Origin: Iphione sp. A-MEVVRFRX5
Taxonomy: Eukaryota
Reading direction: 5' to 3'
DNA: 64,000 bases
Assembly (NCBI GenBank): GCA_976226885.1
Contig: OZ320322.1
Span: 65,038,001 to 65,102,000 of the forward strand
Below, piece by piece: positions 35,301-48,110 of the stretch. Below the pieces are notes generated by a model. It was not told the origin of the DNA. It did no database searches and saw only the letters and a program-made list of their open reading frames with translations. The translations under genes and the position numbers were made by a program. The stretch's first letter is position 1; every line of letters begins with the position of its first letter.

Positions 35301-38300
35301 GACGGTCGTGAGGTGGTGGGGGACGGTCGTGAGGTGGTGGGGGACGGTGGCTTACCTGATTGGTGTCCTTCCAGACGTCAGGGAAGACAGGCCGGCCCCG
35401 CTTCCAGGACACGTGACGCTGCATGTCTTCAAAGGATGGATGGGGGCCTAGCTCAGCCTCAAAGGGCAGCTTGTAGTCGGGCACTGGCATGCCTGCAACG
35501 ACACAACCACCCATCAAGCCACACATTCACTCAACAGCACTGGAGTACGTAGGTATGTATGTCCGATTGTAATGTTTCTCTGTAAATGTGTGTGTAGACG
35601 TGTGTGTGTGTGTGTGTAGACATGCGCACCTTGGTAGAGGTCGGAACAGCGGCTGGCGATCTCCCAGATGACCAGTCCCATGGCGTACACGTCAATCTGC
35701 TTCAGGCTCGCCTCGCAGTCGCGCAGGTTGACAGCGCCGTCCAGCACCTCCGGCGCCATGTAGCGCAACGTGCCCACCTGAACACACAGCGACACAGAGA
35801 ATGAGAGTGTGCAGAAAAGTACAGGACTGATGCATGATGACTACACACTGTGGGGAAGAGCACAGACACACGACTACACACTGCAAGGAAGAGCACAAAC
35901 ACACGACTACACACTGCGAGGAAGACCACAAACACACAACTACACATGGTGAGGAAGACCACAGACACACAACTACACACTGTGGGGAAGACCACAGACA
36001 CACAACTACACACTGCGAGGAAGACCACAAACACACAACTACACATGGTGAGGAAGACCACAGACACACAACTACACACTGTGGGGAAGACCACAGACAC
36101 ACAACTACACACTGCGAGGAAGACCACAAACACACAACTACACATGGTGAGGAAGACCACAGACACACAACTACACAGGGTGAGGAAGACCACAAACACA
36201 CGACTACACATAGTGAGGTAGAGCACAAACACAAGACTACACACAGTGAGGAAGACCACAAACACACAACTACACATGGTGAGGAAGACCACAAACACAC
36301 GACTACACACTGTGAGGAAGACCACAGACACACGACTACACACAGTGAGGAAGGGCACAGGGGACAAATGACTACACACTGTGAGGAAGACCACAGACAC
36401 ACAACTACACATGGTGAGGAAGAGCACAAACATGACTACACACGGTGAGGAAGAGCACAGACACACGACTACACACTGTGAGGAAGAACGCAGACACACG
36501 ACTACACATGGTGAGGAAGAGCACAGACACATGACTACACATGGTGAGAGAGCACAGACACATGACTACACACGGTGAGGAAGAACGCAGACACACGACT
36601 ACACATGGTGAGGAAGAGCACAGACACATGACTACACACGGTGAGGAAGACCACAGACATACAACTACACACAGTGAGGAAGACCACAGACACACGACTA
36701 CACACTGTGGGGAAGACCACAGACACACAACTACACATGGTGAGCAAGACCACAGACACACGACTACACACTGTGAGGAAGACCACAGACACACGACTAC
36801 ACACAGTGAGGAAGGGCACAGGAGACAAATGACTACACACTGTGAGGAAGACCACAGACACACAACTACACATGGTGAGGAAGAGCACAAACAGGACTAC
36901 ACATGGTGAGGAAGAGCACAGACACACGACTACACACTGTGAGGAAGAATGCAGACACACGACTACACACTGCGAGGAAGAGCACAGACACACAACTACA
37001 CACGGTGAGGAAGACCACAGACATCACTCTACATTGCACGGAGGAGCACAGAACTGCAAGAGGCTGCAAACAAACAACTATGCTACAAGAAGGGAGTACG
37101 ACTTTAAGTTCATCTGTGTACAATGCATATGTCAGAGAGTGCTATCTCCTACTGTCATACATGTCATCCCGCCGGGGGGGGGGGGGGGGAGTGGCAACGT
37201 ACATCAGAGATGGGTGACTGCTCCGCGATCTCCTCCAGGCCATTACGGATGAACTTTGACCCCAGGATCTTCATGGCAAAGCCGAAATCACAGATACAGC
37301 AGGTGAGGTCGTCCTTGATGAGGATGTTGCGTGAGTTGAAGTCACGGTGAGCCACGGCCGGTTTCTCCTTGTCTGCAATCAAAGATGGCGGACATCACCC
37401 ACAGGCTGAGTTAGGAGGGGGAGAAGGAAGCGGTACAACGGCCCCAGCCCCCTCTCACTGCCTTCTGAATTTACATTCATTACAATCAGTTCCCCATTAC
37501 CCACCCCCCACCATTACAGTCCCCCATTACCCACCTCCCACCATTACAGTTCCCTATTACCCACCTCCCACCATTACAGTCCCCTATTACCCACCCCCCA
37601 CCATTACAGTTCCCTATTACCCACCTCCCACCATTACAGTCCCCCATTACCCACCTCCCACCATTACAGTCCCCCATTACCCACCTCCCACCATGTCCCC
37701 GTTTACCCACCAATCACGACTGTCCCCATTACCCACCTCCAACCATGTCCCTGTTTACCCACCAATCACGACTGTCCCCATTACCCACCTCCCACCATGT
37801 CCCCCCGTTACCCATCAATCACGACTGTCCGCATTACCCACCTCCCACTACGATGTCCGTATGCAGGTGTGCCAGCGCGCTGGCTGCTGACAGGGCGAAG
37901 CGGCACAGCTGTGCCCAGTCGACCGTGTGTTCCTTAAGGTACTGGGTGAGCGTGCCGCTGGGCACGTAGCCCGTCACGATGACGCTGACGGTGCTGCGCC
38001 CGCCGTCCATGGAGAAGTGCTCCTCGGAGCCGTAGAAGCGCAGGAGGCCACTGTGCTCCATGTGGGGCAGGGTGAAGAGGTCGCGTTCGTTAATGAAGTA
38101 CTGCTTCTGTAAGGGCCCGAACATCTTGATGGCCACTGGGTGCTCGTACAGGCTGCCGCGGTACACGTCGCCATAGCGACCCTGACTGATGAGGTCCCAT
38201 ACCTTGAGCTGGTCCAGGTCGAACATGGGCGTGGGCGGCGACTCGATGAGCTGGCCGGGCTTGTAGGGGCGGCCATTCCTGGGGGTGAGGACCAGGCGGC

Positions 38301-41300
38301 AGGCCAGGTAGGCGAGGGCAATGACCAGGGCCACCACGAACACGGACACCAGTGAGATGATGATGGTACGGTCCCGGTAGCTGGAGTCTGGCAGGATACG
38401 GTAACCTAGAGTAACGGTGCAGACAGGGTTAGTGAGGGAGGGACTCTTACCATTCGAGGACTTGGTGTGGGTTATAATGACAAGGACGTCGCCAGCGAGG
38501 GAGGGACTGCCACCATTGGAGGACTTGGTGTGGGTTATAACAACAAGGACGTTGTCGGTAAGGGAGGGAATCCTACCATTGGAGGACTTGGTGTAGGTTA
38601 TAATGACAATGACAGACTCCTACCATAGGAGGACCTGGTGTAAGTGATAATGACAAGGATGTTGTCTGTGAGGGAGGGACTCCTACCATTGGAGGACTTG
38701 GTGTGGGTTATAATGACGAGGATGTCGTCAGTGAGGGAAGGACTGCCACCATTGGAGGACTTGGTGTGGGTTATAATGACAAGGACGTTGTCTGTGTGGG
38801 AGGGAATCCTACCACTGGAGGACATGGTGTGGGTTATAATGACGAGGACGTTGTCTGTGAGGGAGGGACTCCTACCACTGGAGGATTTGGTGTGGGTTAT
38901 AATGACGAGGACGTCGCCAGTGAGGGAGGGACTCCAACCACTGGAGGACTTGCTGTGGGTTATAACGATGAGGACGTAGTCTGTGTGGGAGGGACTCCTA
39001 CCACTGGAGGACTCGGTGTGGGTTATAACAACAAGGATGTTGTCAGTGACGGAGGGATTCCTACCACTGGAGGACTTGGTGTGGGTTATATTGATGAGGA
39101 GGTCATCAGTGAGGACTTGGTGTCAGCTATAATGATGAGGACGTTGTCTGTGAGGGAAGGATTCCATCTACCAGAGGAGGGCTCGGTGTGGACTCGGGAC
39201 CTCCCTTAAAAGCTAGGCCACCAGCAGTATGAGACAACACCAAATACGACAAACACTGACTTCACTAAGCCCACTAACATATATCCAGTGTTGCTCATGT
39301 AGCTCTGCTCATATATACCCACTGCCACCTACCCCACTGAAAGGCTAGACACGGAGAAATTGGCTATAAGCAGAAAAATGACAGAAAGTCTAGAATGTAG
39401 AGAGAGTGAGACCACAAGGTCCATAGGCAAGTCTAATCAGAGGACGCTACAGGAACCCCTCAAGTGGACTGGTGACAGCCTGACCTCTGCCCAAGCAGGT
39501 AGGTGGCTGCATGTTGGTGAACCTATAAACTGAGGACAGCAACTCATGTGGAGTGGAGGTCTGGTGATGGCCGGACCTCTGCCCCAGCACGAAGGTGACT
39601 ACACGTTAGAGAATCTATAGACTGAGGACAGCAACTCATATGGAGTGGAGGTCTGGTGACAGCCTGACCTCTGCTTAAGCAGGTAGGTGGCTGCATGTTA
39701 GTGACCTATAAACTGAGGATGGCAACTCACGTGGAGTGGAGGCCTGGTCCGGAGGCTCCCCCACCTCAGGGCCATATTCGCTGGTGACGTTGACATTACA
39801 CAGATCACCTGTGCAGCAGCAGAAGTGGGTGTTGTTATGACTTCGTGTGGTGGGCGAGCGAGCGACACATGATGACTGGGAGCAGGTCTCCGGCTGCTCC
39901 CAACAACCTGCACAGAAAGAGATGAGCATCAGACTCAGCACACAACACTAGAATCGGGGGGGCGGGGGACAGGGACAACAGATGGTGAGAGACAGGGAGA
40001 ACAAAGTGAATGAGAGAGGGAGGACAGACAGAGCTAGTCCCCAGTACCCGTTCGACTGTATGCTCTTCAAAGATGTAACGTCACTGGGCACAGGGAGAGA
40101 CAGAGCGATATAAAGAAGGAATAACCAGAGCAAGCGGGGCAGGGGGAGAGCTAAGCAGAAACTAGAAAACAGAAAGGGAAAACAACAAAGGGGGAGTAAC
40201 ACAATGAGAGAAGGAGAACAGAGGAGAGTTAATGGAGAAGAGAGATAAAAAAGGGAAACAAAAGACAGAGAAAGGGAAACAATAGGAGAAACTCAGATGG
40301 AAAGCATTAGACACAGAAAAGAAGCAAGAGAGAGATGACCCATGGGTTGGGATGACCTTGTGTACTCACCCTGTTTGATGATGTTGACCTTGCCTCCGCT
40401 ACTTCCATCGCCCTCCCACAGCGTGTAGCAGAAGGCTCGTGAATTGGGGCAGCGGATCGTGCGGTTGTCACGCTGTACCTCGCCATTGCTGCCAGGGTCA
40501 ATGTAGCTGTTGTCACGGGACTTGATCTTGTTGGCCAAGTTGTCCTCAGCAAACATCCCAATACCTGGTGGCCATGTTGCAGCCATGGCAGCATCCCGCT
40601 GGGCGAACCACGCCTCATCGACAAAGGCACAGAGGATGCTTCCACTGTCAGCACCTGCCCGACCTGAGAGAGACAACACCACCATGAGCCACCCTACCTG
40701 ACATTGTCTACAAGCACAGTTCGTCTACAAACGTCATCCCTGATGAGATGGTGAATAAAAGTCCAATCCTTGGGGAGGTCATTACCGCCCTACTGATGAG
40801 AGCTCTATTCCCACACATACTTCTCATACACATCATTGTACCTCTCACCGTCACAGTGAGTAAACTCTCTATCCTTGGGAACCATCCACCTACAAGAGCA
40901 CTACTCCCACACATACTTCTCATACACATCATTGTACCTCTAACCGTCACAGTGAGTAAACACTTTATCCTTGGGAACCATCCATCCACAAGAGCACTAC
41001 TCCAACACATACTTCTCATACACATCATCGTACCTCCCACCGTCACAGTGAGTAAACTCTCTATCCTTGGGAACCATCCACCCACAGGAGCACTACTCCC
41101 ACACATACTTCTCATACACATCATCATACCTCTCACCGTCACAGTGAGTAAACATTCTATCCTTGGGAACCATCCACCCACAAGAGCACTACTCCCACAC
41201 ATACTTCTCATACACATCATCGTACCTCTAACTGTCACAGTGAGTAAACACCTTATCTTTGGAAACCATCCATCCACAAGAGCCCTACTCCTACACATAC

Positions 41301-44300
41301 ACTCAAGCGCCACTATGCGACCAACCCTCCATTCTTCATCGAGGTGGATGCCCTAGTGGTTTCGGTCACATTGTGGTCTAAGCTTATGGCCATTTCTAAA
41401 AATTTGGTTCTGAGGAAATTTGCCAAGCGTCGATACTTTGGTCACCTCCAACCGTCAGAGTGAACAAACACCCCACCCTTGTCAGGTGCTTACCACTTCC
41501 ACCCTCACCCCTCCGCTGCTCCCTACTCCTAAATACACGTAACATATTAATCGTACCTCTTACAGCAATGTTCACCAATGTACGTCAAACTTGCAAATAT
41601 TAAATCCATCCATGAAATTCTATCCACCTAAAACTAAATCTGGAGTGTGTTTTTACGATGCCCAGACACGTTTTACTCAGTTATCATCGCCAGGCTTCAT
41701 CCAGGGATGTACTAAAGATCATTTGTCTGTCAGAAAAGAAAATGCCACGTGACTAGATATTATACATTGTAACTTTACTAAGGAACATAAATTGACTGCT
41801 ACTTACAGATATGAAATAAACCGTCTCTTCATTAAGCAACACGTACATCCTTCAGCTGCCCTGTGCAGGTCATTTCCTGCTGGCTAATCCCTGTCATAGT
41901 CAACCTTATACAGTCTCTACCAGGGTGGAAGTAATGCTGAACTTATTCAGAGAGCAGAGACAAAACTCTGAGGTCTACTTAGTCATGACTGACGACCAGA
42001 CTAACACCACAAAGCATGCCCAACGATTTTAATATAATAACCTATTGAAAACGGCTGCACGAAGTAAATTCGTTCTGTATATAGGCTACTCCCACCAGCA
42101 GGCTCACACTAATGTGATTTGAGTATGGTTGTGGTTTACTTTTTTCATGTCCCATTGATCTTGTATGCAGTTCTAAGTGTTCTAGAATAATGGACACACA
42201 CACACGGTCATGGCTGGCGGAGCAGATCAGGCTTGGAACTCGCCAATTCTGGTCTCACGAAAGGCTTGGTCTCATCAGACACAATCTACATAGAGGGAAG
42301 TATTTTTTTCACCGTTACGACGTACACGTTAGCCACGTTTCCATCGATACATAAAGGGAAGTAATCTGTGATCTGGTCTCCACTTTATCTGAATCCGTAC
42401 ATCTCATAGTCTACAGATGTGTGAAATAAAGGCTGTGAACCACAACTGGTTTTGACTCAAGCTTCCGTGTGTCAAGCGCGCACTTCATCAGGTGACCATA
42501 CCAATTTCATAGACTAGTCAAGGTCTCTAAATGCTGCTGTTAGCTGCAACATGAGGTGTCCCCTCGACCACTGTTCAGAGCTACAGCAAGCGTCTGCCTA
42601 CCATCGTCCAGTGCTACATCAGGTGTCCATTTTACTGCCAGTCAGTGCTACACCATGTGTCCCCTCTGCATCTGGTTAACATATGATAGCAACATATAAC
42701 CATCTCTTCAGGGGCCTCTCTGCGTCTGTACCCTTACCTGTAACTTTCGTAAGGACAAATGTAAATAGCCCCTACCAACATTCACTGCTACACCAGTGTC
42801 CCCTCGACCTTCCAGTGTTAAAACAGGTGTCACTCGGTTTTGTGTAAAATGTCCTTTTCCTCCAGCCTTCTATCACTGCCGAGCCCAGCATTAGGTAATC
42901 TCCCAAGTCCATACAGTACGGAAATTACCAAGCTCTGCAAATTAGCTGACCTGGAATGCAAGGGGTTTCCTCCCAAAAGGACGCATTTTTTCTTGGATAA
43001 GGACAAAAAAGTCTATTCAAGTGTTCTTCCTCTTCAGTTTTTCCACCAGTTTTCCCATTCTTGGTCCTATTCCTAAATTAGTCAATTCTTAATATTTCCT
43101 TTAGTTCCCACCTAAAGTGTGTCTGACCGTCTGTCTACATCTTGTTCTAATCAAAATTCAATACCAGGATATCTGCCGCTCTAATATTTTGGGAAATTAT
43201 TCTGTCCTATCAACTCTTTTGCCACCAATGACAGCCCAAGAGACTGGGGGGGGGGGGGGGTTCACACATGCCAATCTGTCTGAATAGCTTCACATTGAGA
43301 CATGGCAAGCTGCTGGTAGAGAGACGTGGGAGCATGTTGGTCAGCTTACTACTGTGGTGGGGAATGGACCCGTCGATTTTCGAGTTACTTCGAGATATGT
43401 TTTACCCTTTCCGAAGAGGTGTGGCCTGTTGCCATAGTAACTAGGGCTCTGCGCATGGGCAGTGACAGTCCCACCTCGGCAAACATTGCGCACATGGCTA
43501 AGCTGACATATTAGAAGAAAGAGGGTGATCTTTCTCAGGTCACGATGATAAAACTAAGCAAGGTAGGAAGAAATGGTTTGGCATATATATAGTTAACATA
43601 TTAAAGATTATTCATTCAAATTTTCAGAGATTTCTGTGAAGAAATAAGAGAACTGGAACTGGTCAAAGTGACAGATTTTACACAGGACTTGGTAGAGATT
43701 GTAAACCCTTGCCGAGGTCTAGCGTATATAGGTCATATTCACTCCCGCCAACTGGTGTTAATTTTTCTTAATCGACGGGTCCATAGACCACTGTGGTCGT
43801 GTTTCAGCTGGCAAGGCCCTGCAACTGTACGTTTAGCACTGCCAGTCTCTAACGTTAAATGATGAGTTACATTTGACAGTATGAAGAAGATCTTTTGGTC
43901 CAGATACCCCAGTTGTTATTCCACTACATATATCTTCTTCCCCCTCCCCTCCATTTCACAGATCACTGTGGAAGGGTAAGAAAAAAACACCTGTCAGAAT
44001 ATTTCTTCCATTCATTTTCCCCTCACCTCATCGACAAAAGAACGGTTTGAAGAGGTTGATGTATGTGCGTGCTTTGCTTCTATCTGTGTGGGTTATTTTT
44101 TGGCTGAGCGCTGGGGGCGTGGCTTTCACATATACAGCAGCGCAGCCTGCAGGTCTTCAAGCTAATAATGATATGACCTTAGCGAAGTTGAGGGGGTATT
44201 TCCAAACAAAAAAGGCTGGGCAATGCCAGATGTTGTACATCCACCGGGCACTATAGTGACGCCACATAATAATGTTGATGATTTGCAGCAGATAAATATG

Positions 44301-44953
44301 ACAAATGCATTATTAAAGCCTTTCTACTAACGGGAGATCTTTCCCGATCGCCAGTATTGATCGTAACCGATCAGCGCACTTCATTCCCACCCAACCGTGC
44401 ACAGACGCCTGCCTCACGAAGAACTGAAACCATGAAACGAGGAGGTCAGGCTGTGACATAACACTATTTATTTATAGGTGGATGTGAGACGGGGACGGCA
44501 ACACACACTGAGTAGACCTAAGTCCCTGCAGTCGGTGGCGAGTCCGGGGCTGCCAGACAGTGCGGCTTCAGACACTAGACTTGCTCAGGCCTCACATCCC
44601 TGACGCACAGTCCTCTTTATTGACAGCTGGCTGAGACCTCGACACAGATAAACATACTTGTCCACTGCCACTCCACATAGACTGCATTAGTGGTGGGATC
44701 GAGCGACGAAAATATTGTCAAATGAAGGAACAAACAGAGAAAAACCTAATGAAGGCCGTAACAGAGACGGGGGCATGTCTAGTCTAACTCGAACGATCGC
44801 TGTTTTTTTTATTACACTAAGTCTCGGACAAATGCAAATATCTACGCAATAGCAAAATATATCGGGAACTGGACATCGGAACAAAACTGTCGACTCACCT
44901 GGCATTGCCATCATGACACTTGCTAGTGTAAAATACATTCCGTAAGTCGCCAT
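30335..44953 (-). CDS. BMPR2: BMP receptor type II (BMPR2 / wishful thinking-like), 9 coding exons, ~1230 aa
   Basis: Exons (- strand): 44899-44953, 40370-40663, 39731-39907, 37842-38405, 37203-37372, 35630-35777, 35356-35492, 33810-33936, 30335-32355. All introns GT-AG and phase-consistent, total 3693 nt. Cys-box ectodomain, TM, Ser/Thr kinase, long C-tail. Confidence 0.93.
32290..32645. repeat. 79/90-bp repeat containing four copies of the exon-9 acceptor
   Basis: ttgtttctttccag|tgggagttactccgac (- strand) with AG at 32356-57, 32435-36, 32525-26 and 32604-05. Confidence 0.95.
32930..33790. repeat. TG-rich intronic tandem repeat
   Basis: Recurrent gtgtgtatgtatctgcatgacctgtatgtgctgc blocks. 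Confidence 0.9.
33810..33936 (-). CDS. BMPR2: BMPR2 exon 8 (kinase C-terminal end)
   Basis: [33 protein letters not shown]. Confidence 0.95.
34950..35350. repeat. 21-bp G-rich intronic minisatellite
   Basis: (ggtggtgaggtggtggggacg)n-type unit. Confidence 0.95.
35356..35492 (-). CDS. BMPR2: BMPR2 exon 7
   Basis: [33 protein letters not shown]. Confidence 0.95.
35630..35777 (-). CDS. BMPR2: BMPR2 exon 6
   Basis: [39 protein letters not shown]. Confidence 0.97.
35830..37040. repeat. 33-bp intronic minisatellite, ~36 copies
   Basis: gaggaagaccacagacacacgactacacactgt unit. Confidence 0.97.
37203..37372 (-). CDS. BMPR2: BMPR2 exon 5 (catalytic loop and DFG)
   Basis: [31 protein letters not shown]. 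Confidence 0.97.
37485..37850. repeat. 30-bp repeat overlapping the exon-4 donor
   Basis: gtcccccattacccacctcccaccattaca unit, i.e. GTGGGAG|gtgggtaatg on the - strand. Confidence 0.9.
37842..38405 (-). CDS. BMPR2: BMPR2 exon 4 (TM and kinase N-lobe)
   Basis: [23 protein letters not shown]; [12 protein letters not shown]; VAIK. Confidence 0.97.
38425..39200. repeat. 63-bp intronic tandem repeat
   Basis: gagggagggactcctaccactggaggacttggtgtgggttataatgacgaggacg unit. Confidence 0.95.
39731..39907 (-). CDS. BMPR2: BMPR2 exon 3 (Cys box)
   Basis: GCW...[13 protein letters not shown]. Confidence 0.95.
40370..40663 (-). CDS. BMPR2: BMPR2 exon 2 (ectodomain)
   Basis: ILCAF...[15 protein letters not shown]...IIKQG; phase 1 at both ends. 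Confidence 0.92.
40780..41300. repeat. ~108-bp intronic tandem repeat, ~5 copies
   Basis: cacacatacttctcatacacatcat...gtcacagtgagtaaac unit. Confidence 0.95.
44899..44953 (-). CDS. BMPR2: BMPR2 exon 1 (signal peptide)
   Basis: [19 protein letters not shown]|gtgagt; phase 1 matches exon 2. Confidence 0.7.
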
Positions 44954-46169
44954 TCTTGGGGAGTATCGAGGAGCTGGTTGGGCTGCGAGGACAGAACCAA
45001 AATGGCTGCTGGCTGCTGGCTGGTCGTCTGTCTGGCCCAGACCGACCCACGACTCGCCTTTTTACCAGAGCGCGGACGTATTTCTGTGCACTTTCCCCAC
45101 TCCTAACGCAGCAGGCCTTCACTCGTGCTGCTCCATAATTTGTAGAATAATCCTGTGAAGAATTGTTTAAGATTTGGTGGTTCTAAAGCCCCATCCCCAC
45201 CAACCAGCCGCCATCTGACCCATATGGTCTGCAGGCTAGTTCACTCACCGGACGAGGGGGAGACGGCATGTTAACTGGGTCGGCCAGCTGCCTGGCGCCA
45301 GACTATTCCATTCACTCAGACAGGGGTGGCGAGGAAGCTGGCTCCCCGTCCCGCCCTCCCTCCCCGTATCTATCCGACTGTTGACCGTCGCACAGACTTG
45401 TCAGTTCACCTAGTCCGGTGAACTGAAAGAAGTACATGTGATTGTGAAACAGAGAAAAAATACCAGGCACATGAGATGTGTAGCTTGCTTTCGGGAAGGA
45501 ATGGGACTTGAGGTATCATGGGATTTGGGGGGAAAAGGAAATTATCATGATTCGTGAACAAACAAACGAACAAAAATAGGTACCAGTATAACTCCAAATG
45601 AAGTAATCTAAATTTTCACAATAACTTTTGTATGGTTAATTGAAAGGGCACGGACATTATTTCACCAGATCTATTATATAATAACTGCAGAATGATACAA
45701 TCGGTATGTGTAACTGTGCGTATTAATGAAAAGACAATAAGTGTTTTTGCCACTAATGAAACCTTTTTCTTTAACAAAGTGTTGAGGCATTTTTTTCTAT
45801 AAACATAGAGTAGAATAAAAACGTTGATTACCATGCACAGTTTTGAGGTTCTGGCAGGTCATATGACTACTACTCAATGGAAACCCTGTCTTGTCCAGAA
45901 TTTTGGATTAGTGAGGTCACCTTTAATTTTGTCATGAATTTTTCTATGGGCGGTCAGAAGGGGTTTTTAAGCTCACTTCCTACCTTTCACTTAAAATGAG
46001 CGAGTTGTGGATTGCTATGGGTGGTCAGAAGGGGTTTTTAAGCTCACTTCCTACCTTTCACTTAAAATGAGCGAGTTGTGGATATTCTTATGCATTTTTA
46101 ACTACAAAAAACGTTTTTGCAATTTACTTCTTAAAAAAACATACTCGGTGGTTGCTCAATAATTGTCTC

Positions 46170-46446
46170 CCTCTCCACATCACCCCTCTCTGTCTCTCCA
46201 CATCACCCCTGTCTCACCACATGACCCCTCTTCGCCTCTCCACACAACCCCTCCTGTCTCTCCACATGACCCCTCCTGTCTCTCCACGTGACCCCTCCTG
46301 TCTCTCCATATGACCCCTCTATGCCTCTCCATATCACCCCTCGTGTCTCTCCACACGACCCCTCCTGTCTCTCCATGTGACCCCTCCTGTTTCTCCACAT
46401 GACCTCTCCTGTCTCTCCATGTGACCCCTCTCTGACTCTCCAGGTG

Positions 46447-46501
<55 letters not shown>

Positions 46502-46850
46502 CATGACCCCTCCTGTTTCTCCACATGGTCCCTCTCTGTCTCTCCACATGACCCCTCACTGCCTCTCCACACGACCCCTCCTGTCTCTCCATATGAACCC
46601 TCCTGTCTTTCTATATGACCCCTCTATGCCTCTCCATATCACCCCTCTCTGTCTCTCCATATGACCCCTCCTGTCTCTCCACATGACCCTTCTTTGCCTC
46701 TCCACGTGACCCCTCTCTGCCTGTCCATATGACCCCTCCAGGTCTTCCTTCCCCAATCTCTCTCTGCTCTCCCTTTCTCTCCCCTCTCTCTCCCTCTCTC
46801 TCTCCCCTCTCTCACCTTCTCTCTTTCTCTCTCCCTCCCTCTTTCTCATG
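46170..46850. repeat. CT-rich ~24-bp minisatellite plus (CT)n
   Basis: ctccacatgacccctcctgtctct unit. Confidence 0.9.
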
Positions 46851-47260
46851 ATACACCCTTTGTTATAGGTCCAAAGAGGTGGAATTCCTGGCTTTTCTGA
46901 ACAGAATACATACGTGTAATTCCCCTGGAGCAAATGATATACAACAAAAACTGAAGTAGAAAATAACGAAAAATAATGTCAGACGCGTGTGGCTCTCCCA
47001 CAACGAAGTCTTGTCATGGAACGCATGTTTAGGCCTATAGAGACATCAATAATTGCTATGTGGCATGGGTCTCCCCTGATTATGCCAAAGTTTAACATTA
47101 CGAACTATAAGCTTAAAGAATATAGCGTACATTGACAACTTTGTGGTGTACGTCCTCCTTTGAGTCCCTATTCAACATTGGACTCGGCGGCGGGTGCTTG
47201 GCGGCTGCCGATACTGTGGCGCCCTCTACCAGCGGCGGCGACTCCTGGCGCGAAAACAAG

Positions 47261-47307
47261 ATGGCGTTGACGGGAGATTGGTGTCCCCTCGGAGATGTAT
47301 TTTACAG
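47261..47307 (+). CDS. VPS16: Probable VPS16 (HOPS/CORVET subunit) exon 1
   Basis: aacaagATGGCG start in a CpG-rich region; MALTGDWCPLGDVFYR resembles the VPS16 N-terminus as recalled (human MDCYTANWNPLGDSAFYR); phase-2 donor AG|gtttgt after FY. Exon 2 was not found in the window. Confidence 0.6.
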
Positions 47308-47834
47308 GTTTGTATCACTTGGACAAGTAGTTACAAGCTGTGAAAGTAATTCCCAGCAATAGGAACATTTTGGATGACATGTTTTGAACATTTTGTCCAC
47401 ATAAGTCTGTTATAGTTAGAGTGTGGGCGAAGCTGCATCAGCGTCCGTCCCTCTATACCGAACCCGCCCCTCTCCGTGACCGCCTCTTTCTGATCTCCAA
47501 TATCGCCCAGCATTGCGAACAGTGACTGTAGAGGCGATATTTTCTGTTTGTTTGAATAATATTAGCATGACTAAGAGGTATTGGGTAGGTTGAAGTTTAG
47601 AACGCCAGGTATTTTTATTAAACAGGTTAACTGGTTTTCGTATTACATGTGCATGTTTTGGCGTGGAAGCAGCCTGGACATTTGTTCATTGTGTCATGTC
47701 ATTTCTCATTTCTTCCGGAGAGGAAATCAGGAATATACTGAATGGAGGGAGTGAAAACAAGTAAAGAAAGGCACACGACGTGCCACTAGGATATGCATCA
47801 CAATGTGACCTTAGTCTCTTCTAGGTCTTACTTG

Positions 47835-48110
47835 AATTAGCTCAGTGGTAGAGCACTGGTCCACTGAGAGGTCGTAGGTTCAATCCCGGGCTTGGGACTC
47901 TTGATTACGACCAGACAGATTTACTGTAGCCCCAACCCAGAGTGGTCCACAACTCGTAAAAAGGCCGTGGGTGTATAGGATTCTGTCCCCTATGCACAAA
48001 GACACCCCAGAAACCTATTCGAAATAAGAGTAGGGAGCAACCCCGGATATTCTGGTCTCTCAATTCTCAACAATAGATGGTAGTATGCTACCCCAGGAGG
48101 ATATGGAAGA
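47835..48110 (+). mobile_element. tRNA-derived SINE
   Basis: Pol III A box TAGCTCAGTGGTAGAGC (47838) and B box GGTTCAATCC (47877), no complete cloverleaf, followed by a non-tRNA body. Confidence 0.65.

Noticed and set aside
35692-37040. Long His/Thr/Glu-rich and Cys/Val-rich ORFs
   Set aside because: Translations of a 33-bp intronic minisatellite between BMPR2 exons 5 and 6.
47838-47895. tRNA gene
   Set aside because: A and B boxes are present but the anticodon arm and acceptor stem do not form; it fits a SINE head better.
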